DNA of 7,363 nucleotides from a virus: IMG/VR virus record IMGVR_UViG_3300006182_000001; one strand, 5' to 3'. Shown piece by piece: positions 1 to 4,023 of this stretch (position 1 is its first letter; each line of letters starts with the position of its first letter). The notes under the pieces were generated by a model. It saw only the letters and a program-made list of their open reading frames with translations, ran no database searches and was not told where the DNA came from. The position numbers and the translations under genes were made by a program.

Positions 1-107
1 TCAAGGGGCATCGTCGCGGCTCATTTGTCGCCGGCTTTTTCTACGGCTCGATGGTGGCCAGCATGTGCTGGTTTCTGTGGCCACGGCTCCAGACGCTTCT
101 GTCCTAG
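1..107 (+). CDS. 3' part (duplicate copy) of the 61-aa membrane protein gene annotated at 7165..7350
   Basis: Same sequence as 7244..7350, with the TAG stop at 105..107. It is incomplete only because of where the window was linearised. Confidence 0.5.
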   Translation, partial: KGHRRGSFVAGFFYGSMVASMCWFLWPRLQTLLS

Positions 108-120
108 GCTTCGCATAATG
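1..120. repeat. Left copy of the exact 120-bp direct terminal duplication
   Basis: Base-by-base reading shows 1..120 identical to 7244..7363. The repeat ends ...GGCTTCGCATAATG. Confidence 0.95.
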
Positions 121-142
121 AGGCTCAAGGTTATGTTGAGCC
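107..142 (+). other. dif-like site 1: XerC-arm-like GGCTTCGCATAA, 12-nt spacer TGAGGCTCAAGG, XerD-arm-like TTATGTTGAGC
   Basis: Compared from memory with E. coli dif (GGTGCGCATAA-TGTATA-TTATGTTAAAT), the XerC arm matches 9/11 and the XerD arm 8/11. TTCGCATAATG is the reverse complement of 11 nt of the dif core TATACATTATGCGAA that I recall for Xanthomonas inoviruses. The spacer is non-canonical (12 nt rather than 6). Confidence 0.6.
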
Positions 143-188
143 GGTGCCGTGGGACTATCCGCAGGCCACGGCAGGCCCGCCAGGGTCA

Positions 189-220
189 GGCGTAACATCA
201 ACCTTGGATTATGCGATGCC
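189..220 (-). other. dif-like site 2 (inverted): reverse complement reads GGCATCGCATAA-TCCAAGG-TTGATGTTACGCC
   Basis: ATTATGCGA at 208..216 is the exact reverse complement of TCGCATAAT at 111..119. The XerD-arm-like TTGATGTT is on the same strand, separated by a 7-nt spacer. Confidence 0.5.
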
Positions 221-353
221 GGTACCATTTCATTGTTCCAGGATCTTCACCTGCAGGAGAAAACGGTACCAAAATCATTGGACGTCACCTTATGATTTGG
301 TACCATTTCCCTCCTCGAGGATCTAACCTGGTCAAACGGAGTGGTACCAAAAT
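221..353. promoter_or_regulatory. Array of four GGTACC-centred operator-like sites upstream of the 84-aa gene
   Basis: GGTACC occurs at 221, 265, 299 and 343 (spacing 44/34/44, so a 78-bp period). The flanks fall into two types, GGTACCATTTC (221, 299) and GGTACCAAAAT (265, 343). There is a large inverted repeat, GGTACCAAAATCAT (265-278) / ATGATTTGGTACC (292-304), around a central GACGTC. Additional 8-bp palindromes are CCTGCAGG (250-257) and CCTCGAGG (313-320). Confidence 0.6.
278..306 (+). promoter_or_regulatory. Candidate sigma70-type promoter for the 84-aa gene (TTGGAC-N17-TACCAT)
   Basis: -35 TTGGAC at 278-283, a 17-nt spacer, then -10 TACCAT at 301-306, which overlaps the GGTACC site at 299-304. 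Based on the motif match only. Confidence 0.3.
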
Positions 354-606
354 GCTTATCAAATTCGACGCTGATCAAGAGATGGTTGACCGCCTCAAGC
401 TGCACACCGGTGAGCGTGTTGCCAGCAAGGCTTACAAGTTCGCCGCTGAAGACGTTCCCGATTTGGCCGCTGAGATACGCGACCTTCGCCGTATAGTCGA
501 GGATCGTAATCTTGAGATTCGCCGTCTTAAGGCCGTTATCGAACAGGCCCGCTCAGCCGCTTCCTTGCTCCTCGAAAAGACCTCTCAAACCGACGCCTTT
601 GCCTGA
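352..606 (+). CDS. 84-aa putative DNA-binding regulator: N-terminal ribbon-helix-helix-like segment plus C-terminal coiled coil
   Basis: ATG at 352 is preceded by GGAG at 338-341. The N-terminus MLIKFDADQEMVDRLKLHTGERVASKAYKFAAE fits a strand-helix-G-x-S-helix (RHH) pattern. The C-terminal half (AAEIRDLRRIVEDRNLEIRRLKAVIEQARSAA) is heptad-like. The ORF-track extension 211..351 only translates the operator repeats. Confidence 0.6.
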   Translation: MLIKFDADQEMVDRLKLHTGERVASKAYKFAAEDVPDLAAEIRDLRRIVEDRNLEIRRLKAVIEQARSAASLLLEKTSQTDAFA

Positions 607-635
607 TTGGTCAAGTGCCGCGCCCCCGGCTCGTC

Positions 636-880
636 GTGATGCGCTTCACCGTCGCGGCGAACGGAGGCACGGGCGAAGCGCACACTTGAACACCCCTCGA
701 CCTTCCTACTCTCCGCCTGGGGTGCAGGGAGAGCTTTACCCCCTGCATCCCTGGCCCTCGCCGAGAGACTGCCGGTAGGCCCGCCGGAGGCGCTTTTAGC
801 GTGCGTGCTGACGCCTCGATCTGGCGTCGGAGGGGTGGGGGTGCTGTAACACCCCCAATTTACCGCGGAATTCCGCGGTA
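636..880. other. Hairpin-rich GC-rich intergenic region; candidate replication origin(s) and/or packaging signal
   Basis: Five stem-loops were found by hand: 636-685 (8 bp, a bulge, 3 bp, and an inner stem 649-652/661-664); 719-751 (11-bp stem with one G.T); 810-828 (GACGCC/GGCGTC, 7-nt loop); 836-857 (TGGGGGTG/CACCCCCA, 6-nt loop); and the palindrome at 861-880. There is no convincing ORF. Ff-type phages place the ori and packaging-signal hairpins in such a region. Confidence 0.5.
861..880. repeat. Perfect 20-bp palindrome TACCGCGGAATTCCGCGGTA
   Basis: 861-870 is the exact reverse complement of 871-880. The palindrome abuts the stop codon (882-884) of the minus-strand regulator gene. Confidence 0.9.
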
Positions 881-881
881 C

Positions 882-1097
882 TCAGAGTTGCTCGGCCTCA
901 ATCCAAATCTCTCCATCCGCCGTAACTCGCGCGTAAGGTATTGATTTCTCTAGGATTTTATGGAGCAGCTTCGGGTCATCCAGTAATCGATGCCCGTTCT
1001 TCATCAGTATGTTGTTGATTTCTATCGACTTTTTACGCAGCGCCTCGCGCTCGTCGTTTGTAAGTCGCAGCTGCACCGTCATGTCTTTTAGCTCCAC
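882..1097 (-). CDS. 71-aa small regulator candidate (possible RHH-like repressor), transcribed divergently from the replication gene
   Basis: GTG start at 1097 is preceded by GGGAGG (1110-1105 on the - strand) with a 7-nt spacing. An alternative ATG at 1082 would give 66 aa. VQLRLTNDEREALRKKS resembles an RHH strand-helix start. Its divergent placement next to rep recalls the rstR-type repressors of CTXphi. This is the only minus-strand gene I accept. Confidence 0.6.
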   Translation of the reverse strand: MELKDMTVQLRLTNDEREALRKKSIEINNILMKNGHRLLDDPKLLHKILEKSIPYARVTADGEIWIEAEQL

Positions 1098-1124
1098 TTC
1101 AAGGCCTCCCGAATTTTACTGTCC

Positions 1125-1202
1125 ATTTGTCGAGATGTATTGACATCGATTTGTCGACAAATACACAATCACCAGCAAATCGACATGGTGATTTGTCGAC
1201 AT
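1125..1202. promoter_or_regulatory. Operator-like TTTGTCGA(C) repeats in the divergent regulator/rep control region
   Basis: ATTTGTCGA at 1125-1133, the perfect 14-bp palindrome ATTTGTCGACAAAT at 1149-1162, ATTTGTCGACAT at 1191-1202, and a partial AATCGACAT at 1178-1186. The region is AT-rich (about 38% GC by hand count for 1121-1180). Confidence 0.55.
1140..1169 (+). promoter_or_regulatory. Candidate rep promoter TTGACA-N18-CACAAT, with the palindromic operator inside the spacer
   Basis: A perfect -35 TTGACA lies at 1140-1145 and a -10-like CACAAT at 1164-1169. The palindrome at 1149-1162 occupies the spacer, which is a classic repression geometry. Based on the motif match only. Confidence 0.4.
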
Positions 1203-1225
1203 ATCATCAATTCGCTGGGCAGCTC

Positions 1226-2494
1226 ATGGAATCGAAGGCCGTAAACCGCTCCGCTATGTTCATCGACTACCTGTCGGTGGAGCAGGTTTACCCCCACGAT
1301 TTGCCCAAGGTGGCCGACGTGACAATCGAGCGTTACTGCACCCGCACCGGTGAAAGTCTCAGCCGTACCCAGCCAGGCTGGAAGCACGAAGGCTCTTACT
1401 CGACCTCGATCAAGATTCGCGTTGATGGCCGCAAAGTCATCATCCAGGGCAACCCCAGCGCCGTTGACCGGCTCGACAACCTGTTTGGTTACCAGACCAT
1501 TGACCAGTGTGTAGCCGTCTACAACCGCATTCTTGCCGAGTACGGCATTCCGCCCCTGGTGAAGTGCACCCGCCTGGATTTCATGCAAGCCCCGGTTTCC
1601 CGCGTCGTCAATCGCTCTGCACCAACGCGCGAGCTGAGTCTCGAGGAAAAGCTCGATCTGGCCTTTGACTCTGAGCCAGGCCAGCTGGACAAGACCGGTT
1701 GGACCCGCACTGTAGAGACCACCCACAAGCATGTGCAGGTAGGCGACGGCATGCGCATTACCCGTATCGACCTGACCACGAACAGGACAACGGGGGAGGG
1801 TAACGCCCTCCAGTACATCAAGGCGCTCAGCACCCAGCGCGCCGGCTACAAGCTGGCAAATCTCTATGCCGATGGCTGCACCGTGGATTGGCAAGCCCGC
1901 GACCAGTACCGCAAGGCATACGACAAGGCGACGGCGATCGCCAAGTTTCTGCTACCCAAGGCCCGCCGCAATTTCGGCGATGAATCTACCGAAGCCCAGT
2001 ACCTGCGCGACTTGATCGCCTACTGCAAGGCTCACGGCGTGGTTCGCATGGAGCAGGAATTGAAGCGTGAATACCTACTGCGCGAAGGCCTCGCCTGGTG
2101 GGGTTTGTTCGATGAACAGCGCCTGCAGAAGGTGCACGGGGAGTTCCTGGCGATAGACGAACGACTGACGGTGACAGCGATGGATTTTGAGACGATTAGT
2201 GAGCATCTGGTATCCCAAAAAGTGGTTAGCAACACCAAGGCTGCTAACACCACTGCGCAATATGCCCTTTCTTGGATGGGCGGTAGCTGGAAGTTCGATA
2301 AGGACAATCGCCAGCATCAACAGCATCGAGCCCGCCTTCGCAAGATCGGCATCGACATTGCTAACCCCTGCGATACCAGCCGCTTTACCACTGTCGTTCA
2401 CGTTGCCAGCCGCGATGTTATCCCTGTCGACGTGCTGCCCATGCCGTCCTTCTACCGCCGCCCTGCCGGCCATCTTCAACTGGTGGCCGCATGA
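1226..2494 (+). CDS. Rolling-circle replication initiation protein (filamentous-phage gene II / CRI-like), 422 aa from ATG 1226 (the frame is open from 1127)
   Basis: This is the largest ORF and sits directly upstream of the gV-like gene. The motif VIIQGNPSAVDRLDNLFG resembles the GNP....N.FG signature I associate with gene II/CRI-type initiators (from memory). ATG 1226 is preferred because 1127-1225 is the operator/promoter region; the RBS at 1226 is weak. Confidence 0.75.
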   Translation: MESKAVNRSAMFIDYLSVEQVYPHDLPKVADVTIERYCTRTGESLSRTQPGWKHEGSYSTSIKIRVDGRKVIIQGNPSAVDRLDNLFGYQTIDQCVAVYNRILAEYGIPPLVKCTRLDFMQAPVSRVVNRSAPTRELSLEEKLDLAFDSEPGQLDKTGWTRTVETTHKHVQVGDGMRITRIDLTTNRTTGEGNALQYIKALSTQRAGYKLANLYADGCTVDWQARDQYRKAYDKATAIAKFLLPKARRNFGDESTEAQYLRDLIAYCKAHGVVRMEQELKREYLLREGLAWWGLFDEQRLQKVHGEFLAIDERLTVTAMDFETISEHLVSQKVVSNTKAANTTAQYALSWMGGSWKFDKDNRQHQQHRARLRKIGIDIANPCDTSRFTTVVHVASRDVIPVDVLPMPSFYRRPAGHLQLVAA

Positions 2495-2580
2495 CTCGCT
2501 TTCCTATTGCCCTGGTTGTCGCCGCTGCTGTCGGCTCTCTATTCCTCTGGCTGTTCTTGCTGGGGGCTTCATTCAAGTGA
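2491..2580 (+). CDS. 29-aa hydrophobic single-TM micro-protein (MTRFPIALVVAAAVGSLFLWLFLLGASFK)
   Basis: Its ATG overlaps the rep stop in an ATGA arrangement (2491-2494), suggesting translational coupling. The peptide is almost entirely hydrophobic, like the small gVII/gIX-type inovirus proteins. It is below the ORF-track length cutoff. Confidence 0.35.
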   Translation: MTRFPIALVVAAAVGSLFLWLFLLGASFK

Positions 2581-2813
2581 AAACCGTCAGCCTCCAGGGC
2601 ACCCAGCTTTCAGCCTCTGAGCGTCGCCGCCTGGATCTCCAGCGCCGTTACAAGGCCACCCCTAACCCGAACCTTATGCAGATGGTCGACGACGCTTGTG
2701 TGGCCGCCGACAAGCTGCGGGAGGAGGGCACCCAAGGCGAGAACCCGAACAAGTTCCGCTTTGAATCCGAAAGCCGTAGCGCGCCCTTCCTGGGCGACGT
2801 TTTCGGCTACTGA
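2577..2813 (+). CDS. 78-aa hypothetical protein (GTG start), basic N-terminal half (SERRRLDLQRRYK)
   Basis: The GTG at 2577 overlaps the stop of the 29-aa ORF (GTGA). GGGGG lies about 11 nt upstream. Third-codon positions are strongly G/C-rich, as expected for real coding sequence in this GC-rich module. An alternative ATG start lies at 2677. The upstream part of the ORF-track frame (2187-2576) overlaps rep out of frame. Confidence 0.45.
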   Translation: MKTVSLQGTQLSASERRRLDLQRRYKATPNPNLMQMVDDACVAADKLREEGTQGENPNKFRFESESRSAPFLGDVFGY

Positions 2814-2834
2814 CCCCTGTAGGAGCACGATGAA

Positions 2835-3119
2835 ATGCTGACCATTGAAATCGAATCGACCGAGCTGAACATCAAGTCTGGCAACTCCGCTCGCACCGGC
2901 AAGCCTTACCAGATTCGCGAGCAAACCGGCTATGTCCACATCCCGTCTAACAAGTACCCCCAGCCGATCAAGATCACCCTGGAGGACGACGCTCAGCCGT
3001 ATCAGCCAGGTAAGTACCAGCTCGGCGACAACAGCTTCTTTGTCGGTCGTTACGACGATCTGCAAATGCGCCCACGCCTTGTGCCTGTGGCCGCTTCCGT
3101 CGCTCGCCAGGCCAGCTAA
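2835..3119 (+). CDS. gV: ssDNA-binding protein, M13/Ff gene V protein homolog (94 aa)
   Basis: AGGAG at 2821-2825 lies 9 nt upstream of the ATG. Alignment from memory with M13 gVp (MIKVEIKPSQ...SGVSRQGKPYSLNEQLCYV...YPVLVKITLDEG...PGLY...SSFKVG...RLRLVP) shows conserved GKPY, EQ..YV, YP..KITL, PG.Y, SF.VG and RLVP blocks at matching positions. Confidence 0.9.
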   Translation: MLTIEIESTELNIKSGNSARTGKPYQIREQTGYVHIPSNKYPQPIKITLEDDAQPYQPGKYQLGDNSFFVGRYDDLQMRPRLVPVAASVARQAS

Positions 3120-3133
3120 GGGGAGGGCGGCCC

Positions 3134-3322
3134 ATGCTCGTTCTAGATCGCGTTCTCTGTGACTGCTGCGGCGATGACATGGGCCAGCTCAACGGTGGCG
3201 TATGCACGCGCCCCGGCGCCCTGGTTGATATGAACAAGCCGCCTTACTTCGCCGTGTGTCCTGAGTGTTTCGTAGACGCTCGCGAATACCTGGGCCTGCC
3301 AGCCCCACAGGAGGCTGCGTAA
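3134..3322 (+). CDS. 62-aa cysteine-rich protein, putative zinc-binding (C-x-C-C ... C ... C-P-E-C)
   Basis: A strong RBS, GGGGAGGG at 3119-3127, precedes the ATG at 3134. The protein has six Cys residues (positions 9, 11, 12, 24, 42, 45). It has no hydrophobic segment and is GC3-rich. Confidence 0.6.
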   Translation: MLVLDRVLCDCCGDDMGQLNGGVCTRPGALVDMNKPPYFAVCPECFVDAREYLGLPAPQEAA

Positions 3323-3600
3323 TGGCTCTTCCGCTCTGTGTGTACGTCGATCAAGCAACCAACGCCCTGGTGGCCGCTGGTGAGTTTACCGGCGAATGCA
3401 CGGGCTACGTGCTCATAACTCCGGCCGATTGGGCGGGGTCTATGACGGTCGCTGAACTGTTCGGGTTTCCTGACCCGCTCGTTTTCGGCGCCACCTTCAC
3501 CGCAGCATTCGGCGCCGTCCTCGGATGCGCTGTGGTGGCCCACGCCGTGGGTTCTGTCGCCGGGTTTTTCAATCCAATTAACTCGATAGAGGAACTTTGA
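3322..3600 (+). CDS. 92-aa membrane protein (candidate minor virion/assembly protein) with a C-terminal TM segment ending in VAGFF
   Basis: The ATG at 3322 overlaps the preceding TAA (TAATG), with AGGAGG at 3309-3314. The C-terminal hydrophobic stretch is LVFGATFTAAFGAVLGCAVVAHAVGSVAGFF. Confidence 0.6.
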   Translation: MALPLCVYVDQATNALVAAGEFTGECTGYVLITPADWAGSMTVAELFGFPDPLVFGATFTAAFGAVLGCAVVAHAVGSVAGFFNPINSIEEL

Positions 3601-3602
3601 CC

Positions 3603-3743
3603 ATGGATCTCGATTTCGCCGCCATGATCGCCGCTGTATCCGCAACCGGAGCCGTCGCCGCCATCGTTTCGATGGGTGTCGTCAAGCTGTCCCCCAACTT
3701 CGCCCGCTGGGCGGTTAACAAGGTCGCCGGTTTCTTCCGTTAA
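3603..3743 (+). CDS. Major coat protein candidate, 46 aa, leaderless (Pf3-like class): MDLDFAAMIAAVSATGAVAAIVSMGVVKLSPNFARWAVNKVAGFFR
   Basis: The protein has an acidic N-terminus (D2, D4), a hydrophobic core, and a C-terminal part with four basic residues (K28, R35, K40, R46), as in inovirus major coat proteins. An RBS-like AGAGGA lies at 3587-3592. A strong terminator follows immediately, as after gVIII in Ff phages. It is below the ORF-track cutoff. Confidence 0.7.
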   Translation: MDLDFAAMIAAVSATGAVAAIVSMGVVKLSPNFARWAVNKVAGFFR

Positions 3744-3768
3744 TCGGCGCTTTCCCTTCGGGGACAAC

Positions 3769-3795
3769 AAGGCCCCTCACGGGGCCTTTTTGTTT
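3769..3795 (+). terminator. Rho-independent terminator after the coat gene
   Basis: AAGGCCCC (3769-3776), loop TCAC, GGGGCCTT (3781-3788), running into TTTTTGTTT. A small CCC-TTCG-GGG hairpin at 3754-3763 precedes it. Confidence 0.8.
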
Positions 3796-3806
3796 GGAGC
3801 ACGTAC

Positions 3807-3983
3807 ATGGACCTTGATTTTTCAACAATGGTTGAGTCGCTTACATATGCGTCCTTAGTTACCGCAATGGTTTCTTTTGGCGTTGTTCAGTTGTTTCCGA
3901 CTTTCACCATGTGGGCAGTTGATAAGGTTGCTGGATTCTTCGGTTACGACCCTTACGACCGTGACAACAAGCACGAAGACTAA
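3807..3983 (+). CDS. Diverged coat-protein paralog, 58 aa, with an acidic C-terminal extension: MDLDFSTMVESLTYASLVTAMVSFGVVQLFPTFTMWAVDKVAGFFGYDPYDRDNKHED
   Basis: GGAG at 3796-3799 lies 7 nt upstream of the ATG. By hand alignment, 25 of 46 positions are identical to the upstream coat protein, including MDLDF, SxGVV, WAV and KVAGFF. GC is about 45%, against about 60% for the upstream copy (hand counts 79/177 vs 85/141). Confidence 0.6.
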   Translation: MDLDFSTMVESLTYASLVTAMVSFGVVQLFPTFTMWAVDKVAGFFGYDPYDRDNKHED

Positions 3984-4023
3984 CTAACCGCGCCTCTCTG
4001 AGGCGCCTTGAGGGTTCCATGAT

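Larger units (their letters stand above)
107..220 (+). other. Putative folded-ssDNA attachment region (attP), formed by a long imperfect hairpin between two inverted dif-like sites
   Basis: Hand pairing of the + strand gives: 107-119 with 208-220 (12 Watson-Crick pairs, one T/T mismatch at 110/217); an internal loop of 120-125 against 207; 126-142 with 189-206 (15 Watson-Crick pairs, G.T at 138/193, mismatch 139/192, bulged C199); and an apical hairpin 145-152/166-173. The attP interpretation is an inference from the CTXphi precedent. Confidence 0.55.

Noticed and set aside
122-142. Local hairpin GGCTCAA-N7-TTGAGCC as a terminator for the 61-aa gene
   Set aside because: No T-tract follows it. 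Its arms are better explained as part of the long-range attP fold (126-142 pairing with 189-206). It may be a competing alternative structure.
211-351. N-terminal extension of ORF 211..606 (131 aa)
   Set aside because: The extension merely translates the GGTACC repeat array, so repeated peptide fragments mirror the DNA repeats. The ATG at 352 has a GGAG RBS and begins the RHH-like fold.
512-778. 88-aa + strand ORF running from the 84-aa gene into the intergenic region
   Set aside because: It is out of frame with the supported 84-aa gene and runs through the hairpin cluster. Its Pro/Arg/Ser-rich translation is typical of non-coding GC-rich DNA.
221-880. Density of restriction-site palindromes (KpnI x4, SbfI/PstI, AatII, XhoI, SacII x2, EcoRI; SalI at 1155 and 1195) suggesting a synthetic polylinker or vector remnant
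   Set aside because: The sites are embedded in imperfect natural repeats with phased spacing and sit in promoter/operator contexts. No vector backbone, marker or plasmid origin is present. They are interpreted as binding sites for dimeric regulators.
1127-1225. Upstream ATG 1127 as the replication gene start
   Set aside because: This segment is the AT-rich operator/promoter region containing the TTTGTCGAC repeats and the TTGACA -35, so a start upstream of its own promoter is unlikely. It remains an alternative, because the RBS at 1226 is weak.
1169-1894. 241-aa minus-strand ORF (and 1519..1833, 2032..2307, 2075..2479 on the minus strand) inside the replication gene
   Set aside because: These ORFs are antisense to a well-supported GC-rich gene. 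Their translations are rich in Gly/Ala/Val/Arg/Leu and their stop-free length is typical of high-GC shadow frames. They have no RBS and no recognisable motifs.
2187-2576. 5' two-thirds of ORF 2187..2813 (208 aa)
   Set aside because: It overlaps rep out of frame and gives a low-complexity Ala/Leu/Pro/Ser translation. Only the part downstream of the GTG at 2577 is treated as coding.
2610-3065. 151-aa minus-strand ORF overlapping the 78-aa and gV-like genes
   Set aside because: It is antisense to the clearly homologous gene V-like CDS, so it is a shadow ORF.
2932-3858. Assorted 60-133-aa ORFs in alternative frames or on the other strand (2932..3162, 2974..3237-, 3143..3358-, 3244..3645-, 3405..3770-, 3676..3858)
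   Set aside because: All overlap better-supported, RBS-preceded, coupled + strand genes. ORF 3676..3858 also reads straight through the rho-independent terminator.
3990-4006. Hairpin GCGCCTC-TCT-GAGGCGC after coat paralog 2 as a terminator
   Set aside because: It has a 7-bp stem but only a 3-nt loop, and no downstream T-run. The gIII-like gene starts 18 nt later and probably depends on read-through. At most it is an mRNA-stability or attenuating element.
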